Source: Eledone cirrhosa (Eukaryota). From it: a stretch of DNA of 64,000 nucleotides. Below are positions 1 to 12,400 of the stretch, in pieces. Every line of letters starts with the position of its first letter. The stretch's first letter is position 1. The DNA lies in assembly GCA_964016885.1 (NCBI GenBank), contig OZ024764.1:16368001-16432000 (forward strand), given 5' to 3'. A program made the translations under genes and the position numbers. Under the pieces are notes generated by a model. That model was given only the letters and a program-made list of their open reading frames with translations, ran no database searches and had not been told where the DNA came from.

Positions 1-99
1 GCTGGATGCCCTTCCTAACACCAACCTCATTTACAGTGAGTGCTGGGTGTTTTTTTGCCGTGGCACCTCCACGACCACTTTGCAGTGGAATGATAGGGA

Positions 100-260
100 C
101 CCCAGTCCCTATCATCTCATTTCTACAGCTGAGTAAACTGGAGCAATGTGAAATAAAGTCTCTTGCTCAAGGAAACAACACATCACCCGGTCTGAGAAGT
201 GAACTCACAACCTTTCGATTGCAAGGCCAATGCTCTAACCACTAAGCCACGTGCCTCCAC
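100..260 (-). mobile_element. tRNA-derived SINE fragment
   Basis: Minus strand reads A-box-like TGGCTTAGTGGTTAGAGC, B-box-like GAGTTCA, then GTTTCCTTGAGCAAGAGACTT...CTCAGCTG; related copy at 3920-4185. Confidence 0.65.
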
Positions 261-411
261 ACATGTGTATATATATATATATATATGAATGTATGTATAG
301 TATATTTGGCAATATACCGTATGTTTAATTAAAAACATTATGAAGACCATACAGTATCGGTTTTAAAGTAGTGACTATGTCCCTTCTTTTCAGAGCACCA
401 ATCCTAATATA

Positions 412-473
<62 letters not shown>

Positions 474-859
474 GTTATAGGAATAACCAAAGAGTGCTTA
501 GAAATACATTTTTATTAGCTAACAGTGTTTCATCCATACACCATGGCAGGAATCCTCAGAGCCTATAAACATGAGTATATCAGTAGTTGCATGCTAAAAC
601 CACACTGTCATACCAAGGGCAATATATCTACATGTCTGGGCATATTGATATATTTGTCAACAAAATATATATATATATATACATACACAGGGAGCAGGAA
701 TTGGATTTGAGACAGGGGAGAGAAAAAAAACTGTATTTTCTGTTTGTGTGCATGTTACAGTGAGAGCAAGGCCCAGGCCTGAAAAGGGTGAGAGAAACAG
801 GTGTATTTTATGTGAGGGTATTCCAAGCTTCAAAGGGTCATCAATGAGGTGGGTGACTG

Positions 860-1375
860 GACTTGCCTGAGTCAGACCTACTGGCTGTTATCCAATGGGC
901 AGAAAAGAACAATATGCTGTTGAATGAGGATAAGTCCGAGTTAATCCACTTTGGAAAAAAGGATGCCCTGAAACTCCCATACTCTCTTCCTTCAGGTGAA
1001 ACTCTAGTGGCATCCAACATCATCAGACTTGGGAGTAATTGTGGACAACAACATAAGCTGGGCCACTCATATAAACAGCAAAGTTGGTATGGCCCGCAGA
1101 ATGTGTTCCTGGATTCTCAGAACCTTCCAGTCGAGAGATATCCACACTGTTGTCCTTCTCTTCTCCACTTTTGCCCGACCCCACCTTGAATACTGTTGTT
1201 CACTGTGGTCTCCCCACACGAAACAAAGTATCATGAAAGTTGAAGCACCCTAAAGATTAATTAGAAAACAAGAAAGACAGATGGCATGACAGGCCTTGAC
1301 TATTGGAGTCGATTAGAAAGCTCAACCTTTATTCTCTCCAATGTCGCCGTGAGCGCTACATCATCTGCATGATGT
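860..1375 (+). mobile_element. CR1/L2-group LINE reverse transcriptase C-terminal fragment (frameshifted)
   Basis: DLLAVIQWAEKNNMLLNEDKS..., LGVIVDNNISWATHI..., RPHLEYCCSLWSPH are typical CR1-group ORF2 motifs, split across two frames. Confidence 0.85.
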
Positions 1376-2209
1376 TGGCATCACCTTTAAGGTACAGTTA
1401 CAGTGAGAGCAAGACTCAGGCCTGAAAAGTGAGAGAAACGTGTATTTTATGGGCACTGGATTACTAGTCTATTGATGTCACGTTTGTCAATCATTCAGAT
1501 ATGTGATTAATAAATGTTTGTTTTAAAAAATAGTCATTTTACTGGAAAAGAACTGGCACAGCAACTGTAGCTGTGTAAAATATATGCTGCAGTCAACAGG
1601 TTAAGAAGACTGAGGTGGTACATCAACCAAAGCCAACCACACCCAGCATGGCTTCTGTCTAATGACTGAAACTGGTAAAATGTAAAAAAACAAATGGTAG
1701 AAATAATGTGTGGAAGATAAGTGAAAGAATTTATTACATTTTTCAATATGAATTTCATAGAAGTGTAAAGGACTAAAACGCAGAAATAACTGTAAAACAA
1801 TTATGTATTATGTATTGAGAAGAGATTACTCTATCGGCGACATAATGCACCTAGAGCATGCTAAAGATTAATGAAGAAAAGCAAGGTTGTGGAAAACATG
1901 CAGACAAAAGTGTCAATTACCTCATCAGCTGTCAAGCAGCCACATGATTTCGCACAGAATCTTGCAACAAGTTATTTTTGTGTTTGAGCCCCTTACATAT
2001 CTATATTCATATTGACTCTATGCTTCAAATCGATAACTCAATACATTTTATATCATTTTCAAATATATTTATTCTCTTGAAATTGTTAATTTTCAACAAC
2101 ACTGCAGCCATTACATATACAAACATTGGTGTGTTTTAGGGATACATTTACTACTTAATCTTCAGTTTATGTAGACCTGTCCAACCCTTGCTAGCAGGGA
2201 AATTGAATG

Positions 2210-2622
2210 TTAGCCCATTAGCATTGAAACTGGCCGTATCCGGCCAGAATTCTCTCACTTCTTTCTATTCAAACCAGCCATAACTGGCCACTCATACTGA
2301 TGTTAAGGTATTGTCTCAAAATAAATAATATCAAAATCTCGTAGATTCGATATTATATGAGGTAAAGCTTTTACAGTGGAAATACAATAGTAAATATAGG
2401 GTAATGTAAATGCTAAAGGGTTAAACTGGCCGTATCCAGCAAGAATTCTCTCACCTCTCTCTGTTTAAACCAGCTGTAACTGGCCACTCATACTGATGTT
2501 AAGGTATTGTTCTCAAAATAAATAATATCAAAATCTCGTAGATTCAATATTATGTGAGGTAAAGCTTTTACAGTGGAAATACAATAGTAAATATTGAGTA
2601 ATGTAAATGCTAAAGGGTTAAT
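2210..2622 (+). mobile_element. two tandem piggyBac-type MITE copies
   Basis: Two ~200-bp related units, each ending AAATGCTAAAGGGTTAA; same family as 3029-3245 and 4561-4773. Confidence 0.75.
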
Positions 2623-3028
2623 AATTCAAACCCTGCAACAAATCATCTTTGGAATGAAATTTAGTTTACTTTTTCTATGACCATGTAACTTCCGAGGGAG
2701 TTGTAGGGGTTCATAGTGACATACAGCGTCTCTCTGGCATTTTAAACCTGGTGGAGGCCATCTTCTCTCCAGGTTTGAATACAGCAGATTTCTTCCAGAG
2801 AAGGAGAGACACAGAGTGAGTAATAGAGAGGAAGTGAGAAAGAGATATAGAGGAAGAATTGACCCAGTATATGACCGGTACTTTATTTATCAGCATTGAA
2901 AGAATGGAAATAGAATTAGAATCAAAATTATAATTTGGTTTTTTGCTCTAACATAGCAGATATGTAAAATGTATTCATGAGTTTTATATTAAATAATAAT
3001 AATATTCATTTTTATATATCTGCTTTGT

Positions 3029-3245
3029 TAACCCTTTAGCATTTAAACCAGCCATAACCAGCCAGAATTCTCTCACCTCTTTCTGTTCAAACCGGCTTTA
3101 ACTGGCCACTCATAAAGTATTGTTTTCAAAATAAATAATATCAAAATCTTATAGTTTCGATATTATATGAGGTATTATGTGAGGTAAAGACTTTACCTTG
3201 AAAATATAATATATATATAGAGTAATGTAAATGCTAAAGGGTTAA
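3029..3245 (+). mobile_element. piggyBac-type MITE
   Basis: TTAA-CCCTTTAGCATTT ... AAATGCTAAAGGG-TTAA: TIRs with CCC/GGG termini and TTAA TSD. Confidence 0.85.
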
Positions 3246-3348
3246 AGACAAAAATCAAATTTCAATTTTGTGTTTCACTTTCGGCAAAGCCAGCCATAAA
3301 ATTGCTCAGTATACAAATTATGCTAATCAGCTGATGTATACTTTAGAG

Positions 3349-3534
3349 CAGGCATGTCAAACTGCGGGTCCCTCGAGTGCCACACGAGTCACACGTGTTG
3401 TCTGAGGGCCACACATGACAATTAATTGCGCACATTACAACACATTTAAAAAATTTTATAATATGAAGATAAAACCTGCTTGCACTCTAACAACCCTTGT
3501 GTGGGCCGCAGGTGTGCTTGTAAAGGGTTGCCTG
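3349..3534. mobile_element. hAT (Charlie-like) MITE
   Basis: CAGGCA...TGCCTG termini flanked by an identical 8-bp TSD CTTTAGAG (3341-3348, 3535-3542). Confidence 0.8.
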
Positions 3535-3919
3535 CTTTAGAGAATACTATATATTCTCAAGAGTTCTAGTGAGTGACAGAAGAGAGACACAGAATGTTGA
3601 CAAAGGGCAATAACTCAGACACAATATTGTCAATCGTGTCTCTCTGCCACCACTAGAACAAAAGGATGACACTTGTCATCTAAAAAACATGGCGTAATGA
3701 GGCTGTTTGCTTGCAAACGAATCAAATGTTGTTGTTATTCGATATAAAAGTCATGGATAGAATTAGAATCTTTCACCATAAATTGGCAATAGAAAATAGT
3801 CTGACATTAGGGGACATGAACCACCATAACAGTTAAAAAATGGGAATTAAACCCACATCTTTTATTTTCAGTTCCCATGCACCCTAATCCCCTTTTTTTC
3901 ATTGTCTCTCTACAATCTG

Positions 3920-4185
3920 TCTTAAGCCAGAAGTCTCGTTAGGCTGGTACTTATTCCGGTTTCATGGTGTGAAGCGACTGAGAGTACAAGACTTCCCCCT
4001 GGACAAGACACCAGTCCATCCACAGGGTTAAATCCCCAGCTATTACTGGGACTCATTTTCAGCTGAGTATACTGGAGCAATGAGAAATGAAGTGTTTTGC
4101 TCAAGAACACAACACACAACCCAGTCAAGGAATCAAACCCACGACATTATGATCGTAAGTCCAACACCCTAACCACTAGGCCACA
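3920..4185 (-). mobile_element. tRNA-derived SINE
   Basis: Minus strand TGGCCTAGTGGTTAGGG (A box), GGTTTGATTCC (B box), TCTTGAGCAAAACACTT central domain. Confidence 0.7.
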
Positions 4186-4560
4186 GGTTCATATCCCCCA
4201 TTTTCTATAGTCAGTTTATGGTGAAAGCACATAATTGTAGTTTTTCAAATTTTCAGTCGTCACTGTTATTTTAATTCACACATGCATTTCTAATAATGTT
4301 TGGGAATACTTTATTAAAAGCACGCAGTAATATTTGTTTATGTCCTTCATAAACAACTCATACAGCTCAACAGTCTCACCTATGTCAGTGATATGTATAA
4401 AAGGTGAAAGGTTAAAGGTTGAAGTCCGGAGACATGTCATGCCAGAACTTATCCTGTGAAACAAATTATTGTATATTTCCTCCCCTTGGGCAGGACACCA
4501 GTCCATCACAGATATACCCCCCCCCCCCCCATTTATCACTGGAACTCATTTTCAACTGAG

Positions 4561-4773
4561 TTAACCCATTAGCATTTAAACTGGCCATATCCAGCCAGAA
4601 TTCTATCACCTTCTTCTGTTCAAACCAGCTGTAACCGGCCGATCTTACTGATGTTAAGGTATTGTTCTCAAAATAAATATCAAAATCTCATAGATTTGAT
4701 ATTATGTGAGGTAAAGCCTTTACTACAAAAATATAATAGTAAATATAAGGTAATGCAATTGCTAAAGGGTTAA
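4561..4773 (+). mobile_element. piggyBac-type MITE
   Basis: TTAACCCATTAGCA...TGCTAAAGGGTTAA, same family as 3029. Confidence 0.8.
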
Positions 4774-4839
4774 AGTCAGTTTGCAGCCTGGAGTCTCAGC
4801 AGATAGAACTGCTACTTCTCTGAATTGAGAGACCACATC

Positions 4840-5000
4840 TCCGATATTAAAGACATGTGGTTAGAATGTCTCAAGAAATATTTGTTGGACTGATATTTTT
4901 CAGCCAAACCAACCAGCAGGAGACTCAGGGCAGACCCTGAACAAAATGGTTGAATTACATCCATGAAGTTGGCTGGTCTTCCTTGGTAATTCAGCCAGAT
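4840..5000 (+). mobile_element. RTE-clade LINE 3' fragment (degraded)
   Basis: GACATGTGGTTAGAATGTCTCAAGAAA...AAACCAACCAGCAGGAGAC, homologous to 28500-28760 and 40780-41000. Confidence 0.6.
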
Positions 5001-5440
5001 CAATTGGAGATGGAAAGTGTGTTTGAGGACTCTGCCTCCCAGGAATAAAGGCGTGAAGAAGAAGGAGAAGTCTCATTATGCAGGAGTTTATTCCTGTTAA
5101 GCTAATAAGAGGACAAAACTTCCCTTGGATGGAATTCCAGTCCACCAGGAGGATAACTTCCCAGGTATTACTGGTACTCTTTTTCAGCTGAATGAGTTGG
5201 AGCAATGTAAAACAAAGATAAGTATGGTCTGGCATGAAAGGGGTGGGTGACGAGTAAAAACCATCTTGGGAATATTTTATCCAATCCATGCCAGCATGGA
5301 TATGGGGAAAATTATGAAGAAATCTTTGGTTGGTGATGATAAAATATGAAAGATGCACCAGGCTTCTAAATGCTTTTTATAAATTAATTCTATCATATAC
5401 AGAACAAAAAAAAAAATCATGAAACTTTTTGAATTCAAGG

Positions 5441-5499
<59 letters not shown>

Positions 5500-5594
5500 G
5501 GTAATAATAATGAATGTGAAGACTAAAATCCAAAGAGGGCTCGATAAGGATAAATATATATCAGATATATAAGAACCGTAGAGCAAATATTTAT

Positions 5595-5723
5595 TAAAAT
5601 AACAGATTAAAGTTTAAGCAAAGAATCGCTGCTTTCACCCTTAACGGGATCTTCTGAGTTTCTAAAGATCCCGTTAAGGGTGAAAGCAGCGATTCTTTGC
5701 TTAAACTTTAATCTGTTATTTTA
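5595..5723. repeat. perfect inverted repeat, 59-bp arms, 11-nt loop
   Basis: 5595-5653 is the reverse complement of 5665-5723. Confidence 0.95.
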
Positions 5724-5724
5724 T

Positions 5725-5763
<39 letters not shown>

Positions 5764-5963
5764 GTTCCTTGTGATTTCAGCCCATTAAGGTCATCACTAG
5801 CTCCAGTGTACACAGGGCAGCTACAAATGGACACATGACAAGATGATTGGTCTTTCGACTATTTACAAATAAAATTAAATTTAAAAAAAATATATATATA
5901 TACACACGCACACATATATAATATATATATATTATATACATCTATGAATGTGTATAAATCCTG

Positions 5964-8015
5964 TTAAGCTGCTTTGCCTGTGCCAACTTTGTCACGGTTC
6001 TGCCTACCATATCGTTTCAATGAGCTAATTGCATCTACAATGTTTTGCAGTTGGTCATCTTCCGGCTTGCTGTCGACGTAGAACTGTAGATGGTAGATGC
6101 TCTTCTTCAGCAGTAGATCGTTGTCTAAGTTATGCTCCAAGTTCAACAGCCTTGTGCAGACGAGGGCGTAGTTTTTGTGCCAGAAGGATGGGAAGTCGTT
6201 GTGCCAACTGATAGCATCACTGTACACTTGGTAAGCAAGCAGGAGCAGTTTTTTCTTCTCCTTCGTATTTTGGTTCAATTCGGCATTTTCATACATGTGC
6301 AACGCTGTGCCGATTTTCGCATTCCACATCTCGTCAGTGGCGACCTTCTCCCAAGACGTCTCCAAGAAGCCACTGTGCGGGTGCGTCCAGTTGAACGCCA
6401 GGTAACCACTCCGACGTACCAGCTTCTTGAGCGTCACCTTCTCTTTCTTCTGTATGAACTGCGAGCACACACCAAACGGCCACAGCCTGTAGCTAGTTTT
6501 CCACGATGGCTCGTACTCCTGTACGCCGATACATGCAAATATCGGGCCGTTGGCATAGTTCGCGTTGAGGAACTTGGCAAAGTTGAAGGAGCGTCGACCA
6601 TCGGGATGTCGCTTGTTTTTCAAATGCAGGAAATCTCCAGGAAACTGAATGCGGCTGCGATGTTTGCGTAGCATGGGCACTGCCCATTCATAGGTTAACA
6701 GCTCCTGATCGAATAGTTCCAGATCATTCCGAACATCTTTGCAGTAATGTAAATAGCCGAAGGTTGCAGAGGACAGGTCTCCTCTGGTCAGAATGGTGGA
6801 ATTTGGTGGGAAGCTGCGCAGGACAGAAGTGCTAAAATCATGGATGACCGTGCTGTTGCTTTTGTTGCAGTGGCCGTAGTTGCGATGAACCTGAAACACG
6901 AGGACCACGGTCGATAAGAAGAGAAACATTTGTCGGAAGAAGGTGAATTTGATCTGCTTGTTGAGGTCGCCGTAGGTGAGGGAGGCCAGGAGGACGAGGA
7001 CCATACTGGCCTGCATCCAGAAACGCTCGACTACGCCAAGAAAAAGAGGGTTGTCCACATTGAGGTTGGCTCGCCATGAGAAGAACACCAAATAGAAAAC
7101 GAACATTAGCAGATGCACAAGAGGACAGCTGCAGCCTGTGTGCAGGCGGCGTGCAATGCTCCACATCGACATGCCAAACAGGACAATGGCAACTGGTGTC
7201 AGAGTAAACCACTCGTGGATCATGTAGAATTTCAGCCCCGTTATAAGACCAAGCCCTACTTCGTCCTTCCCCAGACTGAATGTGCCGTATTCGGATCGCA
7301 TTAAATGTGTCCAGAAACCTGCCCAAGAGCGTTGGTCACCCCATGTCCACCGCGCCACATTTAAATGTGCACTGATGGGTACGTATATATAGGGTAGGAG
7401 ACCTCCAATGAAGCAGGCCAGAAGGGAAAACAATGTGGCCACATGCAGGACACCAGAACGGTACAGTTTGTACATGACCCATGGCACGAGGAAGACAAGG
7501 TAGATGAAGGACGTATGCTGGTTGCAGAGGCAGAGAGCGCAGACAAATGCACCGATGCGTGCCAACCTCAGTTTTCTGGCTGGCTGGACGGCATCTTCCA
7601 GAGAAAAACTAAGGTAGGTGAGGATTGAGAGGAGCAAGTTATTGAGGGCGAACACCTCTGCGGCCACTGACCAGCTCCATGTGAGTCGGTTGACGGAGAA
7701 CAAGGCAACAGCCAGCAGTGCAGCAGCAGGCTGGCCGGTCTGTTTGTGCACCGTGTGCGACAGAACGCCGCCAGCTGCAGCAGAAATGACGGCAGTGAGG
7801 AGGTTTGCCCTCCAAGCAGGTGACCTGTAGCTGCAGCACTTCACGACAAGGCTGGTCAACAGAGTGAACAAGGGGTAACCCGGGGGGTGGGAGACTCCAA
7901 ACTGGCAGGCAGAGGAGAGCAATTCTCCACTGTCACCCCCAGAAATATCAGGATATAATGTCCGCACATACAACGCCAACAAACCAATCGTCATGGCAAA
8001 TGAGAAGTAATCCAT
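5964..8015 (-). CDS. TMEM260: protein O-mannosyltransferase TMEM260, single-exon CDS, 683 aa
   Basis: Motifs GGDSGEL, HPPGYPLFTL, WSVAAEVFALNNL, LCNQHT, ARWTWGDQ, EYGTFSL, WRANL, VVERFWMQ, RGDL, WHKNYA match TMEM260. ATG at 8015; the track's 8018 start is GTG. Splice acceptor TTTATTTTCCAG ends just upstream, so the exon begins at 8028. Confidence 0.95.
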   Translation of the reverse strand: MDYFSFAMTIGLLALYVRTLYPDISGGDSGELLSSACQFGVSHPPGYPLFTLLTSLVVKCCSYRSPAWRANLLTAVISAAAGGVLSHTVHKQTGQPAAALLAVALFSVNRLTWSWSVAAEVFALNNLLLSILTYLSFSLEDAVQPARKLRLARIGAFVCALCLCNQHTSFIYLVFLVPWVMYKLYRSGVLHVATLFSLLACFIGGLLPYIYVPISAHLNVARWTWGDQRSWAGFWTHLMRSEYGTFSLGKDEVGLGLITGLKFYMIHEWFTLTPVAIVLFGMSMWSIARRLHTGCSCPLVHLLMFVFYLVFFSWRANLNVDNPLFLGVVERFWMQASMVLVLLASLTYGDLNKQIKFTFFRQMFLFLSTVVLVFQVHRNYGHCNKSNSTVIHDFSTSVLRSFPPNSTILTRGDLSSATFGYLHYCKDVRNDLELFDQELLTYEWAVPMLRKHRSRIQFPGDFLHLKNKRHPDGRRSFNFAKFLNANYANGPIFACIGVQEYEPSWKTSYRLWPFGVCSQFIQKKEKVTLKKLVRRSGYLAFNWTHPHSGFLETSWEKVATDEMWNAKIGTALHMYENAELNQNTKEKKKLLLLAYQVYSDAISWHNDFPSFWHKNYALVCTRLLNLEHNLDNDLLLKKSIYHLQFYVDSKPEDDQLQNIVDAISSLKRYGRQNRDKVGTGKAA

Positions 8016-8095
8016 CACAGGTGTCTTTCTGGAAAATAAAAATAATAAGATTAATAATTATTATTATCATAGTGATAATAGTAATTATAACAATA

Positions 8096-8286
8096 ATTGT
8101 TTCTACTTTTGGCACAAGGCCAGCAATTATCCCAGTACATTACTGGTACTTTATTCTATCGACCCCGGAAGGATGAAAGGCAAAGATAACCTCGGCGGGA
8201 TTTGAACTCAGATCATACAGGGAGGTAACTCTATGCTTCAAAGCATGGCATCCGATCCTCTACCGATTCTGCCAATCCACCGCCTT
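8096..8286 (-). mobile_element. tRNA-derived SINE with Meta-domain-like core
   Basis: GAGTTCAAATCCCGCCGAGG B box followed by TTGCCTTTCATCCTTCCGGGGTCGAT...AAGTACCAG; several other copies in the window. Confidence 0.75.
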
Positions 8287-8414
8287 ATTATAATAATAAT
8301 AATAATTATTATTATCAGTGATAATAGTAATTATAACAATAATAATAATTATTATTATCATAGTGATAATAGTAATTATAATGGTTCCTTTATTGGCCAC
8401 AAGGGCTAACACGA

Positions 8415-8825
8415 AAAACATTACAGAACGAATCAAAAGGTCTGAGTAAAGTTAGCCAAAACTAAAGTGCTAACGACTAGGAAAGAAGATAGGGCCCAGA
8501 TTCCCTCAGGGTGGTGGCTGAGGGAGGAACTGAGTTTAAGAGGAAAGGAATCTGAGGTGGTGTGCAAGAGAGAAGACTGCGTTAATATGGATATGTGAGG
8601 AATATGGACAGTGATCACTGGGTGAAGAAGTGCCAAGAAATCCCGGTGAAAGGAAACCGCAATAGAGGACAACCAAGAAAGACCGGGGCAGAGGTGGTGA
8701 GGGCTGATCTCAAATCACAGAGGAGATGACAAATGATCATGATGAGTGGAGAGATGCTGTGCTGCTGAGAGGGACCCATTTAACCCAGGCAAGTGTGGTA
8801 AAACAGATGTAAAAATGATGATGAT
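8415..8825 (+). mobile_element. RTE-clade LINE 3' end (degraded)
   Basis: Homologous to 47400-47730 (RRLRWYGHV...GRPRKTW region) with an (ATG)n tail. Confidence 0.7.
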
Positions 8826-8826
8826 T

Positions 8827-8852
8827 ATATATATATATATACACACACATAT

Positions 8853-8884
<32 letters not shown>

Positions 8885-9127
8885 TATATATATACATATA
8901 CACACATATATATATACATATACACACTCATATATAATATAATATATATATATAATATAATATATATAATATTATATATATATATATACATATACACACA
9001 CACACATATATATATATACATATACACACACATATATACATATACACACATATAGATACATATATACACATATACATATACACACACATATATATATATA
9101 CATATATACACACATATATATATACAT

Positions 9128-9168
<41 letters not shown>

Positions 9169-9185
9169 TATATATATATATGCAT
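8827..9185. repeat. compound (TA)n/(CA)n microsatellite
   Basis: Directly visible. Confidence 0.95.
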
Positions 9186-9246
9186 ATAATATTTAGAGAG
9201 TGTCTATACAAACACATACGTACACATATATGTGTTGTATATTTAC

Positions 9247-9395
9247 CTTGGATTTTTTTTAACAATGTTTTCCTATATTGTTATTGAGCGTAGACCAACA
9301 GTTGATTAGAATAGTTCATTCAACGTTTCCTAGAATGGAATGAGGTGTATAGATGTATCCATCAATGGGTGACGATCACTGGAACCAGTTCGTGT
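9247..9395 (-). other. TMEM260: putative non-coding 5'UTR exon of TMEM260
   Basis: Minus-strand acceptor TTTTTTTTATATATTGCAG| and donor CAAG|GTAAAT. Splicing to 8028 puts an in-frame TAG upstream of the ATG; contains two short uORFs. Confidence 0.5.
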
Positions 9396-9469
9396 CTGCA
9401 ATATATAAAAAAAACAAGATCAAATATGTCAAAATGTCAGAGTTGGGTTATTGATATTTAAGAAAAGGA

Positions 9470-12400
9470 GTTGGTTGTCAGACCAAGGAAACAATGTTTC
9501 CTTGGTCTTTCCATTGTTGATACTATCTGTTGGTTGTCAGATCAGACCAAGGAAACAATGTTTCCATTGGTCTTTCCATTGTTGATACTATGTGTTGGTT
9601 GTCAGATCAGACCAAGGAGACAATGTTTCCATTGGTCTTTCCATTGTTGATACTATGTGTTGGTTGTCAGATCAGACCAAGGAGACAATGTTTCCATTGG
9701 TCTTTCCATTGTTGATACTATCTGTTGGTTGTCAGATCAGACCAGGGAGACAATGTTTCCATTGGTCTTTCCATTGTTGATACTATCTGTTGGTTGTCAG
9801 ATCAGACCAGGGAGACAATGTTTCCATTGGTCTTTCCATTGTTGATACTATCTGTTGGTTGTCAGATCAGACCAAGGAGACAATGTTTCCATTGGTCTTT
9901 CCATTGTTGATACTATCTGTTGGTTGTCAGATCAGACCAAGGAGACAATGTTTCCATTGGTCTTTCCATTGTTGATACTATATGTTGGTTGTCAGATCAG
10001 ACCAGGGAGACAATGTTTCCATTGGTCTTTCCATTACTGATACTATCTGTTGGTTGTCAGATCAGACCAAGGAGACAATGTTTCCATTGGTCTTTCCATT
10101 GTTGATACTATCTGTTGGTTGTCAGATCAGACCAAGGAGACAATGTTTCCATTGGTCTTTCCATTACTGATACTATCTGTTGGTTGTCAGATCAGACCAA
10201 GGAGACAATGTTTCCATTGGTCTTTCCATTACTGATACTATCTGTTGGTTGTCAGATCAGACCAAGGAGACAATGTTTCCATTGGTCTTTCCACTGTTGA
10301 TACTATCTGTTGGTTGTCAGATCAGACCAAGGAGACAATGTTTCCATTGGTCTTTCCATTGTTGATACTATCTGTTGGTTGTCAGATCAGACCAAGGAGA
10401 CAATGTTTCCATTGGTCTTTCCATTGTTGATACTATCTGTTGGTTGTCAGATCAGACCAAGGAGACAATGTTTCCATTGGTCTTTCCATTGTTGATACTA
10501 TCTGTTGGTTGTCAGATCAGACCAAGGAAACAATGTTTCCATTGGTCTTTCCACTGTTGATACTATCTGTTGGTTGTCAGATCAGACCAGGGAGACAATG
10601 TTTCCATTGGTCTTTCCATTGTTGATACTATATGTTGGTTGTCAGATCAGACCAGGGAGACAATGTTTCCATTGGTCTTTCCACTGTTGATACTATCTGT
10701 TGGTTGTCAGATCAGACCAAGGAGACAATGTTTCCTTTGGTCTTTCCATTGTTGATACTATCTGTTGGTTGTCAGATCAGACCAAGGAAACAATGTTTCC
10801 ATTGGTCTTTCCACTGTTGATACTATCTGTTGGTTGTCAGATCAGACCAAGGAAACAATGTTTCCATTGGTCTTTCCACTGTTGATACTATCTGTTGGTT
10901 GTCAGATCAGACCAAGGAGACAATGTTTCCATTGGTCTTTCCACTGTTGATACTATCTGTTGGTTGTCAGATCAGACCAGGGAGACAATGTTTCCATTGG
11001 TCTTTCCATTGTTGATACTATCTGTTGGTTGTCAGATCAGACCAGGGAGACAATGTTTCCATTGGTCTTTCCATTGTTGATACTATCTGTTGGTTGTCAG
11101 ATCAGACCAAGGAGACAATGTTTCCATTGGTCTTTCCATTGTTGATACTATCTGTTGGTTGTCAGATCAGACCAAGGAAACAATGTTTCCATTGGTCTTT
11201 CCACTGTTGATACTATCTGTTGGTTGTCAGATCAGACCAAGGAGACAATGTTTCCATTGGTCTTTCCATTGTTGATACTATATGTTGGTTGTCAGATCAG
11301 ACCAGGGAGACAATGTTTCCATTGGTCTTTCCACTGTTGATACTATCTGTTGGTTGTCAGATCAGACCAAGGAGACAATGTTTCCTTTGGTCTTTCCATT
11401 GTTGATACTATCTGTTGGTTGTCAGATCAGACCAAGGAAACAATGTTTCCATTGGTCTTTCCACTGTTGATACTATCTGTTGGTTGTCAGATCAGACCAA
11501 GGAAACAATGTTTCCATTGGTCTTTCCACTGTTGATACTATCTGTTGGTTGTCAGATCAGACCAAGGAGACAATGTTTCCATTGGTCTTTCCACTGTTGA
11601 TACTATCTGTTGGTTGTCAGATCAGACCAGGGAGACAATGTTTCCATTGGTCTTTCCATTGTTGATACTATCTGTTGGTTGTCAGATCAGACCAGGGAGA
11701 CAATGTTTCCATTGGTCTTTCCATTGTTGATACTATCTGTTGGTTGTCAGATCAGACCAAGGAGACAATGTTTCCATTGGTCTTTCCATTGTTGATACTA
11801 TCTGTTGGTTGTCAGATCAGACCAAGGAAACAATGTTTCCATTGGTCTTTCCATTGTTGATACTATCTGTTGGTTGTCAGATCAGACCAAGGAAACAATG
11901 TTTCCATTGGTCTTTCCATTGTTGATACTATCTGTTGGTTGTCAGATCAGACCAAGGAAACAATGTTTCCATTGGTCTTTCCATTGTTGATACTATCTGT
12001 TGGTTGTCAGATCAGACCAAGGAAACAATGTTTCCATTGGTCTTTCCATTGTTGATACTATCTGTTGGTTGTCAGATCAGACCAAGGAAACAATGTTTCC
12101 ATTGGTCTTTCCATTGTTGATACTATCTGTTGGTTGTCAGATCAGACCAAGGAAACAATGTTTCCATTGGTCTTTCCATTGTTCATACTATCTGTTGGTT
12201 GTCAGATCAGACCAAGGAAACAATGTTTCCATTGGTCTTTCCATTGTTGATACTATCTGTTGGTTGTCAGATCAGACCAAGGAAACAATGTTTCCATTGG
12301 TCTTTCCATTGTTGATACTATCTGTTGGTTGTCAGATCAGACCAAGGAGACAATGTTTCCATTGGTCTTTCCACTGTTGATACTATCTGTTGGTTGTCAG

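Noticed and set aside
6029-7839. Overlapping and antisense ORFs within TMEM260
   Set aside because: Shadow frames of a GC-richer CDS; no recognisable motifs
9530-9600. Hammerhead ribozyme in the 65-bp unit (minus strand CTGATCTGA...GAAA)
   Set aside because: Does not fit CUGANGA, and I could not build stems II and III around it
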